A stretch of DNA of 64,000 nt from Octopus vulgaris (lineage: Eukaryota), in NCBI GenBank assembly GCA_951406725.2, contig OX597824.1:62310001-62374000 (forward strand). The letters are read 5' to 3'. The position numbers and the translations under genes were made by a program. Positions 30,301 to 47,469 of this stretch are shown in pieces. The notes under the pieces are model-generated. The model searched no databases. It saw nothing but the letters and a program-made list of their open reading frames with translations, and was not told the origin of the DNA. The number at the start of each line of letters is the position of its first letter. Position 1 is the first letter of the stretch.

Positions 30301-32243
30301 AACACGAATATCTGATCAAATAATTACATTATGTCGAATGAATTTAGAATATTTGGAAGACTTTATGACTCATTTTTCTTGAAGAAGAACACCAAATTCC
30401 TCAAGTTGTAAAAGAAAAAAAATCAATAATGCCAGCTTGTAGAGACATATAAGGGAGTAAATGCAAGTGTTGCTGATAGTTTTAGATATCAGGTTCCTAG
30501 GGTAAAAAAGTATATTGAAGCCCAAATGATTACCAGACGTTCTTTAAAAACAAACTGCCTTTAGTTGCATGTGTTGTACATCAGTAGTTGCAAAGAGTAC
30601 TTTTACATAATCACGGTATTTAATATATCCATACAGACTAAACTCAATACATTTGACTGACCAATGAAATAGTGATTGTTTTATTAAATAAAGTAATGAA
30701 AATATTCATAAAATTGTAATATAACAGAGTTTAGAAGAGATTAATTGTTTCATATATATTTAAAAGTTTCCTGTCAACCACACTCTCTCAGTTGATATTA
30801 CTCAGCGGAGTTTCTTTCATGTTCATATCGAAAGCAGCCTTTCTCAAAATAAAAAGATGTCTTTTGTCGTCAGGTTCTTCATTGCGTTGACCCTAAGTAT
30901 CTGTTTTAATATACAATAATTTTCCTTTATTCCGATTGGAATAAATATTTGGCCAACAATATAACCACATTTCATGGAACCCATCACAAATCATGTACGT
31001 CGAAACTGGACCTACACTTAAAAGAATTACATCTCCGTTGAGCTGCACCCTAAAGTCTTAAAGAATAGAAACAATATTATGTAGTTCTTCGTACACTATG
31101 CACGACAGACGAGAAAGGAGGTGATATGGGAAATGTTTTTAAACAAAGAATTATTTGATCAAAGTTACATTCGATCTAATAGCAGCAATAACACTATTTG
31201 ATAAAGTTGAACTTGAGGATTAAGAATCATTAGTTGATGTTTCTATTAATAATTTTGAAACCCAGATGGTCAGCTTTGATTCTACAGGCAAACAATCAAA
31301 GACTTCCAGTTGTTCCATCCGCAACGAAACGATCTTTTTCGTATTGGTACGATGACGTTATATAAGTACTCCAACTCTTAAAACTATTATTTATGCTTGG
31401 TGGAAGATTCTTAGTGACACTGTAATAAAATTCCTCAAGACAGTTATGATTTGTTGAAGAATATGACTGTGACAGCAATGATTCCCTCTCTACCTCGAGG
31501 GAGTGTTAGTGATATCAATAGGAAACCTAAAACCGTAATTCGTTTTATTTAGAAAAGATTTTGTAAAACTCTTCGACTGACAGATATAAAAGAATATCGT
31601 TATGGCTGGCAGCTTGTGCAGAAATATTTATTCACATCATGACGAGAAACGTGCATGTAATTACAATTATTTCTAAAAATCCATACCTGTTCGTCTCTAA
31701 TGAAATTACATATGAATTTAAAAGTTGGTGACAGTCAGTATTATCGTGGGTGTTACGACGGCGCTCTAATAAGTTAACTTTGGTAGCAGAATGAAGTATA
31801 GAGGTAACATTGGTGGCAGTCGGTGATATTAACAATCTGTTATATCGTGATAAAATTAGCGTCACTAAGTTAATCACTGATAACAGTTTTGGCATCATCT
31901 AGTATCGAGATTGAAGTGAATGATGCTTACAAAATCTTCAAAGCCACAGAAAGGTATTTAACTATTTCCAAAGAGTTAAGGTATACCTCAAAATAAGTTA
32001 TTTGATGGTTTTGTTTAGACTCACTCAGTGGTGGTCAGATCAAGATCAATGATCAAAATGGCGTTCCAACCTTGACTACATCATATATTTTAAAACAATA
32101 TTTCTACGATAACACTAGCCATTGCCTCTTTCCATTTTAAAACAGGCAAGGTATGATCGGAGGCAAATTCCACGAGAATATTCCTGCCTCTGCCTGGTGC
32201 ATGTCCCATGCGTCTAAGAATAACGTTATATATTTTCATTATA

Positions 32244-33461
32244 CAGGATGCGTAAGATATTTTAGGATAGGTTTATGTTTCTAAAAAAATGATATATAAT
32301 ATCAAAATATGATAAAAATAAACATTCTATTCTAAAATGTTATTCAATAAAAACATCTGCAGCTTCAGTAACTGCTTCTAAATGAGATCTAAATCATCTA
32401 CATGCTCGAATCAAGTGGTCCTGGTTCATTTTGGACATTACTCTGACTATGGCAGCTTTTAGATAATCTTTGATGTAAAGGGCGTGTTCATTGATCCTTC
32501 TGTCATTTTGACATGTAATAGTCCAATGGATTGAGATCTGGGGAATTAGGTGGCCAGATGTTAGGGGTTATGCGATCATGAAAATGTTTAGTCATCCATT
32601 CCTGTGTTACTAGAGCCAAGTAGGATAAAGCAAAGTCTTACTGAAACACATTGTATACGCTGTTTATCCAGGACTTAACAATTATTTCCAGGACCTCAAT
32701 GTAGGCGACAGAGTTAACTCTAAGGCCATGTGGAAAGAAGTAAAGAGGCATCACATGACCTTCATTGCTGACAAGCCCCCAAACCATGACAGTTGCAGAA
32801 AAGTTTGTTTTGTATGCATAACACCTGGAACTTCAGAAGGGTCTGCACATAACTACCTGTCTTTTCTTCTGTTAACATTTTGATCTTGGGCGAATTTTTT
32901 CTCGCTTGAGAAAAACTAAATCAAATCTTCTGCTGGATTTTTCAGTTTGTTTAAGAGTCTTTTAGTTCTGATGCAGTGATTTTTCTTTGCTGTTTCTGAC
33001 AAATTGATCTTTCCTAATCATTTAAAACTTACATTTAATGTCTACGTGGACAACATTTCACACTGTTCTTTCTGACACATGGAGATCTTATGCAAATGAC
33101 CTCATAGACTTTCTGGGATTGTAATCAACGGTCTGTTGAACTTGCTGAATAAATGCATGTGTTCTGATGATTTCAGAGCGTCTAGAATGCTTTTTACGCT
33201 TTGATACTAGTGATACGCTTCCATCGTCAATCTCTAGCTTCTTATAAAGTGTGTAGACGAAAGCTCTGGCAGTTTTTAAAAATCGAGATTTATAAATCAC
33301 TATGCTCGGCCTCTAATACCGCAATAACAGCATGCCTCTTCAGTTCTTGAGAAAGCTGAGAGTGTGTCATTATTATTTTCTGAAACAAAGATTATACAGA
33401 TTAAGAAAATGTGCAGCAATGACTCAAAAAAGGTAAGTTCTCACATACCTTACGTACCTTG
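32244..33461 (-). mobile_element. Tc1/mariner-superfamily relic
   Basis: Minus-strand peptide IWPPNSPDLNPLDYY at about 32516-32560; HTH-like ORF 33088-33300; degenerate TIRs flanked by TA. Confidence 0.8.
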
Positions 33462-34762
33462 TATATTCTTTAGAATATTCAGTATATCTATTCAAAAATC
33501 ACTTGATTAATATCCGATGTATGCTTTGATCTCTTAAGATCATGTGTAAATGCCTGTCAATAAAAGTCTCATTAACATTAACCTCCATTATCATAACAGT
33601 AGCTTCGGTACAATAAACATCTATTTCGCAACAGATTACTAGGAAATTACCTTACTGTGAGATTACGGCAAACAAGCTCAATGGTAAATATAATCACTAT
33701 GGTCAGTGCTTCCTAATTTTGTGGTATTGATATTAATGATACCGACACGAGGCAATAGCTTTTGTTTGTAATTCTAAGGAGGATGAAAATACTTAGTAAT
33801 GTTTTTGACTAGTGGATATTTGGTGCTTTAAGAAGGCTAAGATAATGTTTATTTTAAATGTTGCTTGATAGTGTACAAGCTGAACAACGCGTTTGCAGTA
33901 CCGTAACACTTGTAGTACAGAGTAAGATAGTAGCAGATCCTGTAACATTATAAGTTAAACTATGATAAACTGTTTTAGACAGGTACATTTGTACACAACC
34001 TGAAAAAAATCAAATCATCGTTCAACCAAGGCTGCCTCGCATTAATCCAACAGTGTCTGCTTTCCTCTTAGTTGACCGGTACTCTCCTCAAGTATGAATG
34101 CCTCTGCATTATCGGTTTCTGCGTGTCGGCTTTTGGGTAAGCGATCGGTTTCTGGATGAGCGATCCACATAAAGGCCGCTACTATCTACGAGGTTGATAT
34201 TCACTCTGTATTTTGTCATAAAGTCGAATATTTCCTCCAAAACGGCTTAGTGACCGATGCTATTAAATGAGATAGATATTCTGGTCAGCATTTGAAAACA
34301 GAATCTGCAGGTGTCCGGGCAGAATATCTATTTTTCATTTTGATGTAGGTTAGCCAATCACCTGAGAAGCTAAATGTTGCATTAATTTTTCTAGAAGCAA
34401 TTTTGTAATTTCCGTCATAAGTTAGAGATCTGCTCCCTCCTAAATGCTAAAGTGGAATGTGACCAAATATGCGTCATTAAAAGATAAATTTATTGTCGCG
34501 CTGTTCACTGATCAATTACCAGCGGCATCCATTTCTACAATGTCGTCTTCAATATTTTACGTTGAAGTCGCTCCGTGCCTGAGAAAAGAACCTGTGCGAT
34601 ATAGTAGCTGATGTAGTAAATATGGCTGCCTATTTCCCGCGGCAGCGATTTTGGTGTGCTATTCGTAATATGTAGAACAAATTATTAACCTCACATTGTA
34701 GAATTTGCTCATGTCAATAATTTTGTCTAACACACACACATATGCACACACAATGTGTATGC

Positions 34763-34797
<35 letters not shown>

Positions 34798-35507
34798 CGT
34801 GCGTAAGCGTGTGCGCGCATGTTGCATGCAACTTGCAAAATAATAACACTCCTAACAGTTCATACGAGAATTAGAATTCGTTAAATATGACTTCCATGTC
34901 ATGACGTTGCAAATCATTTTCAAAACTGTTTCACAGAGGAAATGCTAGCAATGTAACAGTGTCACAGAAGACAAATGAATATGGGTGTTGATACTGGGAT
35001 AAAGAGTTAAAGAAGATATTCCACAAAGTAACAGGGACTCTTGTCTTGACAGAGGCCAGAAAGGGTTAAACCTAAAGCTCGAAACATTTGATTTGTTATG
35101 TTATATTTCAGTCATTGCATTTCCGGATATAGGAAATCATTGTGCTCAAAAGTGTTACTATCTTCTAAATAAATAATATGCAAAGTAAGTTTTCGTCTAA
35201 AAACGATGTGTTTTATTTATTTTTATTTCATTCAAGTTATTTTATGAGTACATCATCCTTCAGATTCCCAGTTGATTAAGAAATTTATATGTGTATCAAA
35301 ATCAGTTAGATTTTAATGCAATCAATGCATAGCTGTGTTAGCAGACGTCCTTATAAACTGATTTTGTTTTTTATTTGACATCTCTTTTGTTGAAAATAAT
35401 TTTAAGTCATGAATTGAAATTCGAATGATCCAAAAAAAAATTACTTCAATGTTTTTTTAAATATTTTAAGTTTACTTCTCTAGCAATACGATATATAATT
35501 TCACTAA

Positions 35508-35720
35508 GGCCGCGAGCTGGCAGAAATGTTAGCACGCCGGGCGAAATGCTTGGCGGTATTTCGTTTGTCTTTGCATTCTGAGCTCAAATTCTGCCGAGGT
35601 CGACTTTGCCTTTCGTCCTTTCGGGGTCGATAAATTAAGTACCAGTTGCGTAATGTGGACGATCTAATCGCTGTGCTCCCTCCCCCAAAATTTTAGGCCT
35701 TGTGTCTAGAATAGAAAAAG
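35508..35720 (+). mobile_element. SINE family S2
   Basis: tRNA-like head ggccgcgagctggcagaa...gagctcaaattc; body gtcgactttgcctttcgtcctttcggggtcgataaattaagtaccag; second copy at 11893(-). Confidence 0.75.
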
Positions 35721-35737
35721 ATATATAACTATATATT

Positions 35738-37950
35738 CTTGCTGTTCGTTGCCGGGTCGCAGTAAAAGCTTCTAATCACATTTCAGCCCAGACCAGTTTT
35801 GTTGTTTAGAGCTAGTTGGAACTTTTTATGAGAGTAATTAATATTCATTGAACTTCGGTTTTCACACCTGGAACGGCATAATCATGGAAAATTAGCGGGA
35901 CTGTGCCCATGCCATTAGTCGGACAAAAAAGGAAGCAGAAGAAAGCGAAAAACTCGAATTTGGCTCCAAAATAGCATGATTTTGAAAATACACATAAATC
36001 TCGTTTGCTGATTTTGAGTTTTGGTTTCACACCCAACCCAGTTCTGGGCAATCAGTGACGCGACGGGGACGTATGGTTTGGGAGTTTGACTGGCAGAGGT
36101 GATCAAGTTACATATGTCCACCCTTTTGACACCAACCCCCTCACCTAACCCCCTCGTCCTATGAGTGAATAGCAATGGTGGGAAGAAAAGTGCTGATTCC
36201 GGCAGAGCAATTAGAGCACAAAAACAGCATTCAAAGTGATTTTATGAGTATGACGTATGGAAGCAAGTAACGCAGTAAGGTCAATAGTTATAAGTTCATG
36301 ACGCATACAAGCACGTAAGACATGAAAGTTAATTAAGGTATAAATAAAAGGTATGCCTTTTCAACGGGAGTCTAATTGGGCTCCCAATCCACTGAAACGG
36401 AGGAGGTTAGGTTCGGAACACAACTAAACCTTCAACTAAAACCTAGACTAACATTACGGAAAGGGGGCTCGGGAGCCTTTAATAGGCAGCTTCTAATCCA
36501 GATCTATCACTAACCCATCCTAAATGACATGACCGTAGAGGAAATTAGCTGTGGAGATGTGCATGGCGGGTTTGTTTTGGAGGAGTACGGCTGCATTGGA
36601 TTAAGGACCATTGAAGAATGTAGCTTTGGAGATCTGCATTGGCGAAACATACCAAAACTTACCGACAGCCTTCACAAAAGGGGATCTAGCCCTTTAAACT
36701 AACTTAATAAACATCTGACAAAGTGAGACTTGTTTTCGTTGAAGATAGCATTGGTATACCAATGCATTTATAAATGCTTATCCGAAATATCGTTGTAAAC
36801 ACTATTGCGGATTTTACCCTCAGGGGCATATACAAACAGAGAATTCCTACCTCCAGCGCGAGAGCAGGTAACATAAAGTTGCCCATGCGAAAAGCAGGGT
36901 TCGCCCAGATGTATTCACGCGACTGAGAATGTCTGTCCCTGCGATTTATTAATTGACATCGCAAAGCAAGGCTTCACCGGAAATAGCGTCCGTTGGAAAG
37001 TGAAGGGAATGTCCGATGGCGCAGAAAGTATGTTTCCTTGTCCCGTTATAATGGTCGCCTCAATCAAGTCAGCGGACAATGTCTTGACGACCACTAGCGT
37101 GCCGTTGCACTGTGAGCAGACCAGGTTCCGGATCAGCATGATATGACAGCACACTCTCAGCCACAGGGTGTGAGGTGGACGCCCCGATGGCATTAAAGCA
37201 TTCAAAAACTCGACCGGATATTGGGCGGTATCCTGTGGGTCTGGGATTCTGTCAATCGAATTGCACACACGTTTTCTTCATTTTTAATCCTACTTGAATA
37301 AAACATTCTGGGCTCTCGTTGGATAAGTTAATTCAGCTGAAAGCATAAAAGTAAAGCCCTACCTAAACAGTTACATTGAAAAGGCTCCAACTCTCTTATG
37401 GCATACTTAAGGAATGATAGCATATCAAGCATATTTGGTCTTTCTTGAAAATCCCGCTCTCTTGTCATTCACTTGGTATAACTCCTTAATTATTCCCTGC
37501 ATTTCTGAAATCAAAAATGCGTGCACGTTTGAAAGCCAAAACACATGATAACGCGTCTTCGTAAAACACAAAAATGCACTGAGTCATAGAGACTGTCTGC
37601 AAATGCGCACGCACATTCAACTGCCAAGGGTAAAATTATCTCTGTCCAATCAAAAAACATCTGGCAGTCTTTTGGCGTATCCAGCTGTACGCACGCACCG
37701 CGTACAAATTTCTACCTTTTAGCGATTTTGAATGAATATGCCCATAACTTATGGGCACAAAGGGTCGGTTTATCAATTTTTTAAATGTCTTTCTGGGGTG
37801 ACTGGAGAAATGAAACGATCTTCATGACCACTCTCAAACAGTTTTGAAATCCCATAGAAAATGCGAGCCTTTCACGTGAAAAACTGTGAATTTGTATAAA
37901 GGAAACGCAGACACACAGACACACAAATACACAGACATTTTGCAATATTA
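35738..37950 (-). mobile_element. Internally deleted Helitron
   Basis: Contains a Pif1-like helicase fragment on the minus strand; TGTC-type microsatellite near the inferred 5' end; termini degenerate. Confidence 0.6.
36850..37268 (-). pseudogene. Helitron Pif1-family helicase C-terminal fragment
   Basis: YPVEFLNAL.PSG.PPH.L.L...IMLIRNL...CNGT...FPVKPCFAMSINKSQGQTF. Confidence 0.9.
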
Positions 37951-40574
37951 GCAATAGTCGACCGAATATTTATGAATCTCTCAGACTGCGTAAGCTGCTC
38001 TGCCTCTCATTCAATATGGAGTTTTTTCTGGAATATGACAGTACCACCAATTGCTTCTTGGCAGTCTGTAATATGGCATTAATTCCAGTGTGTGAAAACT
38101 CCAAGTATCTTCTGCAGTATATGCATGAACGTCTACAATCTGAATAACATCTAAGCTTGTAACTTTTTCACGTTTTCTATGTTCTCATTTTTCTCCTGTC
38201 AAATATCCTGTAATTGTTGGCTTCGTCAAAAACAGGAAACAGGAACTTGTATCGTCTCTGTTTTCTGGATAGTTGTATTAGCTTCCCATTGTACCTAGTA
38301 ATTATTTTGTTACTCCTATACGAGGCACGCTCCTACTTCTATAGGAAAGTTTACTTCATACATTTTTGGTTAATATAGTTGCCTTATGTCACTTTCTGCG
38401 CAGTGTATTCTACATTCAGTTATTGATGTTATTTTATTCCTTCTTTTCTCAGCTCTTTAATTCACATGTTCATTCTTTTACAATCGTCAATATAACGGGT
38501 AACTGTTTATTGATGACTAATGTCCAAATTGTTTAGTAAAACTGAGTAGTAAATTGATGACAGGCACCCAAAGTTTCTAGTAAATCTTTGCAATGTCCAC
38601 AAATAGATTTACAAATAGTTTTACAACGTACATTTTGAGTTTGTCCGAATATAGGTGGTCGATTGCCTTCGCATTGTTTTTATATTTGCATCCAAATTGA
38701 TTCATCCTTTTCGCAATGTTTTAATAATGATTTTAACAAGATATCGGTCGTAATGCTTAAGAGAATCAGTGGAGATTGGAATAAAATAATAAGAACTATG
38801 TAAATTATCACAACGTTATGCTGATCATTGCTTATAAATTTCAATTAGCTTCCCTTTCAGTGTATCTTCACTGTCATAACCTTGCGAAGAAATATCAATT
38901 TATCGAATGTCATTTGTGCTTTGAGACCATATTAGCTGTGTTACAGTTAGAGCATGGAATATCGTACAACCACTTTGGGTTTCAAAACATTAAAGTTAAC
39001 CAGTTATACTGGAAATATATTCAGTGACAAAACACATCGAGTTGCCTGTATCTATGAGGAGTTATAGTTGTCTATGTATGGGAAACTATATGCGCAAACC
39101 TGATAAAAGTAAATTTTGTGAAGGAATAACAGCTGTCATACAGCACATTTATACGCTACTGCTGTTGTGCAAGAGAAAACAATAGGAGAATAACAACTTG
39201 GTATCAGTTTCATCACAGCCGTGGTTTTATAAAACTACAAACCTAGAAAAAAATCAAATCTACAACACAGTAATTTAACAGTGCTGCCAAACCTAGCACC
39301 TTGGATTATTAATTTTTGCGAGTCTGGAAAGATGAATGTTAAATTTAATCAAGCGATTTGAAATCAGGGAGAGACGGGAAAATGTCTATCCCACTCTTTA
39401 ACAATACTTCCAGTTTGTCGGTTTATATAATGTTTAGACACATGTATTTCAGTTTATGAAGAATAAAATGCATTAAACAAAGCGGAAACTTTTGTATTGC
39501 TTTATCAGTTGTAATAGTACAAAATTTTTGTTTTCAGAATGAGCTGTGGTAGCTTTACCTTCATCTATGGCGATTATTCTGTTTGGTCACATCAAAAGCT
39601 TTTGAAAATGTGAGGAACAGAAGTAATAGTAATAAAGAATTATTAATGATGTTGCAGAACTTCAAATGTAGCATGAATGAATCAAAGTAATTTTGAATGC
39701 AGTCATCTTCATTTATCCCAAAGCTATATCAAAAGAAATTTTCTTCAATCAACGCGGTTAAAAGTGCTTGTCACATTTTGTAAGCAGATTTCACAGTGAA
39801 CCAGATTATATTACTTAGTGTTTTTCCAAACAGATAAACTCCTAGTCAAGCTAAACTACGATAAAAAAATGTTCTATGAGCATTCGGTTGTTTCTCCGGC
39901 ACAATTTATCTTTAACTAAATGATCAAATCTGTTAGCTTGATTTATAAACTGCGTCAGCAAGCTCCGATTTAATTTGATAGAGATGCGGCTGAGATACCT
40001 TGTCTGTTTAGCTGAAGAATTTGCCCAGGATTTTGTTTGTTCTCGTCTCAATACGATAGTGAATATACAATGAAGGATACGTGACCCGTTGTTGTTTAAA
40101 TTCAAGACAACTATGACTGGTGTAGCGTATTATCCAACTCACTGTAACTTTGAGAACATGGCCTTTCTATCCGTCATTGTTCACGTAAGACGACATTATC
40201 TGGTATGCCTCGCCATCCGTAGGACATTTGGATATTGTTTCACGCCAAGATCAAGTTAAAATATTATTTGCATCAACAATTAAGGGAACATCCTTATATT
40301 CACTAATTCAAAGTTTTATAACTGAGAATGATTTCCTTCCAGATACAATACACCAGCTCAGATATAAATGGATCTTTAATAAAAGCTTTTATTACAATTT
40401 CTATGGAAAAAGTTTCTCGATATCAACTTCCGGTATTGGCGTAGCAGCGGCGAAATTTTCCATTTTCTCACTGTCAATTTTATTGTTTTCATTTCAAGAT
40501 TTAATTCGCTATTTGCAAACAGCAGCGATACATTACTGAAAGAAATATTTACTAAGTTTACAATTTAAATATTC

Positions 40575-40880
40575 AGAACAAATCGACCCCTGGAATTATT
40601 TTTGTAAGGCTAGTAATTATTCTATCGGTCCCTTTTTACCAAAGCCCTAAGTGACGGGGATATAAGCACAGCAACATAGACACAAATAACTAATATATAT
40701 ATATATATATATACATACAACGGTCTTCTTTCAGTTTCCGTCCACCAAATCCATTGACAAGGCTTTGGACGGCTCGTGACTATAGTAGAGAACACTCGCC
40801 TAAAGTACCACCCAGTAGGACTGAACCATGAATTGTGTGGTTGGGAAGCAATATTCTTACCGCACAGCCATTCCTGCGCC

Positions 40881-40882
<2 letters not shown>
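40575..40882 (-). mobile_element. SINE S1 copy
   Basis: Reverse complement begins aggcgcaggaatggctgtgcggtaagaa; 3' part matches 7490-7675. Confidence 0.75.
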
Positions 40883-40939
<57 letters not shown>

Positions 40940-40946
<7 letters not shown>

Positions 40947-41340
40947 ATACAGTGTACATTTAAACACATGAGGAATCCACTCATAAGACTCAACACGCTA
41001 GAAAGAACAGTTAGGTTCTATAACCACAATATTAGGGATAAAATTCGACAGAAACGAAATGAAAAATAAAAACATATTACCATCTAGTTTCCTGGACCAA
41101 TTGGTTTCTGATTTTAGTTTAGCGAGGAAATGAATAACATATACACTCGCCAGGTGAAATCGTCTTCAGCAGAAACATCTAGGGTTAAACATATACATAC
41201 GAGGTGATGAAACTACTTGCCACTTGTTTATACATCCTAACTTTTTCAAAATCTACTGAGTAGCCGTGGTTCTTCGCCAGCAATAAAAGAATGCCAACTT
41301 TTAAAAACCGAAAATTATCCAAAAACTTACAATATTTATA
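40940..41340 (-). mobile_element. Penelope-like terminal repeat with HHR (same family as 7890-8657)
   Basis: Shared blocks ctagaaagaacag.tagg.tct.taaaccaca, ttaccatctagt..cctggaccaattggtttctgatttt and accgaaaattatccaaaaa. Confidence 0.75.
41089..41175 (-). ncRNA. Type I hammerhead ribozyme
   Basis: Minus strand reads tttctg-CTGAAGA-cgattt...gcgag/ctcgc...aaatca-GAAAC-caattg-GTC-caggaa. Confidence 0.78.
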
Positions 41341-43309
<1,969 letters not shown>

Positions 43310-43469
43310 TATATATATACATTTGCATATTTTTAAACAGTTAAAAATATTAAAAAATGAGAAATTGCAAAGTCAAATAAATTTGTTCAGTATATGCACT
43401 GTGTGGTGATTTGGCTTGCATTTGAATTTGTGGTAAATTTTGAAGTTATAAAAAAAGCGGTGGTCGTAT

Positions 43470-43830
43470 GTACCTAGGGCTTTATTATACTTAGTTAATA
43501 GTAGTGAAGAGTTATGTTTTAATAAGTGGAATTCCTCTTTTAGTCATATTTGACCCTGGTATGGAAGCCCTGACTCCTTGATGGACCATGACAAGTTATG
43601 TGGAATATTCCTATTTTAAAGATGATGTATATGACAGGTGAGAGTTGTAGATTTATTGTGTTTCTTATATCCAAACCAATTGACAAGTGCAGCGTGTCTC
43701 TGTTTAAAATTTGTAGTTGATCCTATATAGTAGAATTGTGTAACTTGTTGAATACGGTGCATTTCTACAAACTTTGCAACGGGTTGAAGAGGGAAAATTG
43801 CCTCAAGGCGCATGGTAGTGCATTGTGGGG
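43470..43830 (-). pseudogene. Penelope-type GIY-YIG endonuclease relic
   Basis: Across frameshifts: *KCTV...YYIGSTTNFKQRH...STTLTCHIHHL...NIPHNLSWSIKESGLPYQG...LKEEFHLL, the usual layout of PLE Uri endonuclease domains. Confidence 0.7.
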
Positions 43831-46800
43831 ATTATTATCAGGAATGGCTGAAGTATTACTGTCTAGGGAGAGGTTAGAGGTGGGGGTGGATTGGTCTGTG
43901 TTATCAACAGTATTATTATTATTATTATTATTATTGTTATTATTATTATTATTATCATCATCATCATCATCATTAGTATTATTTCCACCATTGTTATTTA
44001 TCCTATTTGTATTTTTGTATGTGTGTAAGTATGTATGCATGTATGATTGGGCCAACCGTCTCTGCTTGGTAAAGAGAGTACTCTTAAGACACGCTGCAGG
44101 AAGGAATTCAAATTCCGTTAGAGGACAAATGAACTCAGTAAGTTAACGTATATTCAATAGTTGGGAGTGAGTGATACATTGATTTTGTTTAGATATATTT
44201 CATAATTAGAAGGAACGCTCGGCCTCTCCTTTACTTCAAATGATGTACAGTAGTAATCTTATACGTTGTTTACAGAACGACGTATAATTTCATAGAGAAC
44301 GTTTGACCACTTCCAAAGCCTTTCCTCGCTTAAAACTCACTCCTCATTTGATCTTTAACATGTCTGTTATATGTTGCATGCTATTGCTGGCAGTCGCAGA
44401 GAAAACTAAAACACGGAATGGAATTAAAGCACGTGACAACAGGGGTGTTTATCCGTCATCAACAGCTAAGTAAAATGTATAGGTAACTAGTAGGTGTAAA
44501 GGAACATATCAGTGATGCTGGTGTTTAAGAGACCAATGAGGCAGTGATATTCTTTGTTCAAAATTTTCATGCAGATATCATATGATAGTTACGTACCTAT
44601 GTATGTATGTATGTATGTATGTATGTATGTTTGTATGTATGCATTCATGCATGCATGCCTGTATAGTTCTCTTCTGTTTTTAATTGTTTAATTCATTCTG
44701 TTGAGGAAGGAGCTGGTTTCTACTAAAGATACAATGCTTCATCTTTATATAATATATTTATTTCTAATTTTTGTTTTAAATACATTATTTAACCAGTCAA
44801 TTTAGCACACTTAATTATATTATCGATATTATTTTGTCTGGAAGAAAGGAATTTATTTCAATGGTCTAGCTACATATGCAAATATGTGCAAAAAGCGCCT
44901 ATACGTACGGCTCGTTGACTCACTTTTATCTCTGTATAATCATTATGACTACTGTCACAACTCTTCGATCATCATCATGCAAACTTGATACGCATTACGT
45001 AATTTTTGCAAGAGAGAGAGAGAGGGGGTAGAAGTATTGCTGGAAATATTCTATGCCGTGCTTTTCTGTGTAAAATAAGTGTACAGTGGCATCTCCCTTT
45101 TATAGATATTTTGAAGGGTTATATTAATTTAGCATTAATTTTTTAATTAGAATTTATCCACATTCTAAGAGCCTACTTTATTTGCGTCTATAGTTCTTCA
45201 GTTTTCTTCTATATACTGCATTTATAGGAATACATCAGCATCTATGGAAAAGGTGAATCTGTGAAAAATATCGTCTTTACTTATAGGAAAGATAAATGCT
45301 ACTTCTTAAAATCATTAAGCGTATTAAAATTATATCATTACTGAGACACTTGGGTTACTTTAGCTCTAGCATGTAGGCCACCACTAAACATTCACCCTCA
45401 CCATAGCTTTTCCAACCCAATTCCCTTCAGTTCCGCAAAAAAAAACTTTATTTTGTACTCGAGATTACGTCAACTGGAAGTCCTTTCAGACTGAGGTGCA
45501 GCCTTCAATTTGCGTTTAATAGTACACTCGTTCTCAAAAATTGTGAAATTTGCATTGTTTACTTCATCGATGTTTCATTAAGAGTTGTAGGGCTTTACAA
45601 AGTAAGTTTGTTAACTCCCTAAAATAAAAGGGTAAAGAAATATGCTTTAGTCTGCCTTCAACTCTTTATCACTGCCTCACAAGATTGAAATTTCCTGTGG
45701 GAGATCTTCTCACCAGTTAACCTTTCAGTATTATGGAATTATGCAAATTTTCCACGTACCGAAATGCAGCAGTCAATAAAAAAAAGCAAAAAAGGAATAC
45801 AGAAAGGAAAATGTATTTTTGTTGTTATTTTGCAAATAAAATATCGAAAAATAAAACGTAGGTTATTTGCAGCAGCAAAGCATATGACAAATTAGTTTCT
45901 ACGACAGAGAAAAGTTTCAGCGAACAAAAACATACGATATCTTCCATTTTGAATTGCAATGAATATAAGCGGTTGCAAATAGTGTGAATAATTTTACGTA
46001 TACAGAGATGGGGTAGAGCGAGAAGCTCCAAATTAACTACTTTCGCACACGATGGAATATTTTTGTACTGATTCATGAAATATTCTTAGACAGGTGGAAG
46101 TAATTTAAATCCAATGAAATACGTATTTTTCTGCTTCTATGTTACTCTAATGCGTTTTTTTAATGTATCGAGAAGACAATACTTCTAAATATTTTTAATT
46201 CCCTGGAACAAATCCCATTAAGGGGATCTGCTGCTTTTGTAAGGCCTATCTCATTATTGATAGCTTAAATTGTATGTTTATAAAAATATTAGATACTTAA
46301 AATTTTCCATACGAACTGCAAATGAGTTTCTTCAAGTCTTCATCCTAATTTCAGTTCTTCGACATAACTACAACATGATTTATCCTCCCACATCTTTGTA
46401 TCGACGTGAGTTACAATTCATAAATATTTAATTTGGAATGTAATCTTTTATACTAATACAATATATATTTTTGCTTAGTTTTACATTGATATTACTTTCC
46501 CCGGCGTTATAAGTAATAAATTGCATACATCATACTATTGCCTGTAGTATTTAAGTTGATTATTAATTACTATATCTCTCATTCTTGCTCATTTCTTCAT
46601 TCGCTCTTCAGTCAATAGAATCTAACCTTTCTGCGAACCTTAACATAGATAGATTTTATCATAAATTCAATTCACTTATCTCATTATCGCCTGACGTATC
46701 TCTTTATATAAATTTCTTCAATACTATCACTTTTTCCTGTTTACTTTGTAAATATTTATCATCTATGTTTTAATTTACTATATTCCCAATTATTTCCCAA

Positions 46801-47469
46801 GGAAGAGGTTTTAATAATACAGAGCAAATTTTCTTCCAAATGCAAACCTATGATTTGTAAATTGAAAAACATTTCCATTGGACAATACAGCAATATTTTA
46901 TTTATTTAATTAGTATTCGAGAATCGGTGCTTTACTATTAACCGATACCATTCCCAGCAATCTAAAATATTTCAGTTATAATCAGCTATTTCCACAGTAA
47001 AGTTGCTATCTAATCTATTTGTTTTACTTTCTAAAATTGAATTTCCAAATTGCACCCCCTTTTTTTAATCTCTTGAACCTTATTTCGTAATTTATGCAAT
47101 TTCTAAGAAACGCATTCTCCATCCTTTTTTAAAAAATTATTTCTATTTCATCCTTTTAGTTTGCTTTACGCGTTTTCGTACGCTAGATTAGAACATGCAT
47201 GTGTATGATCTCAACAATAACGTATGCATTCATTCTTAATATATTGTAGCATATGCGAAGACAAATAAATGATCGCTGTTGTTTCATACCACACAGGATT
47301 AGCTGCTTTAAGTCTTTTCGAGATTATTAAGAAATATATTTCAGACAGACGAATCTGACAAAAGTATGGGGAAAATATTATTTGTCGCTACATGTTGATG
47401 TTTGCCAAGTAAATAATAATTCATGGGGTACAGGCAATACATCGAGAATGAAAACAATAATATAATATA

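Noticed and set aside
38000-40200. Possible decayed hAT transposase and an exon-like segment at about 39538-39609
   Set aside because: No diagnostic motif recoverable; splice-like signals are expected by chance in AT-rich DNA.
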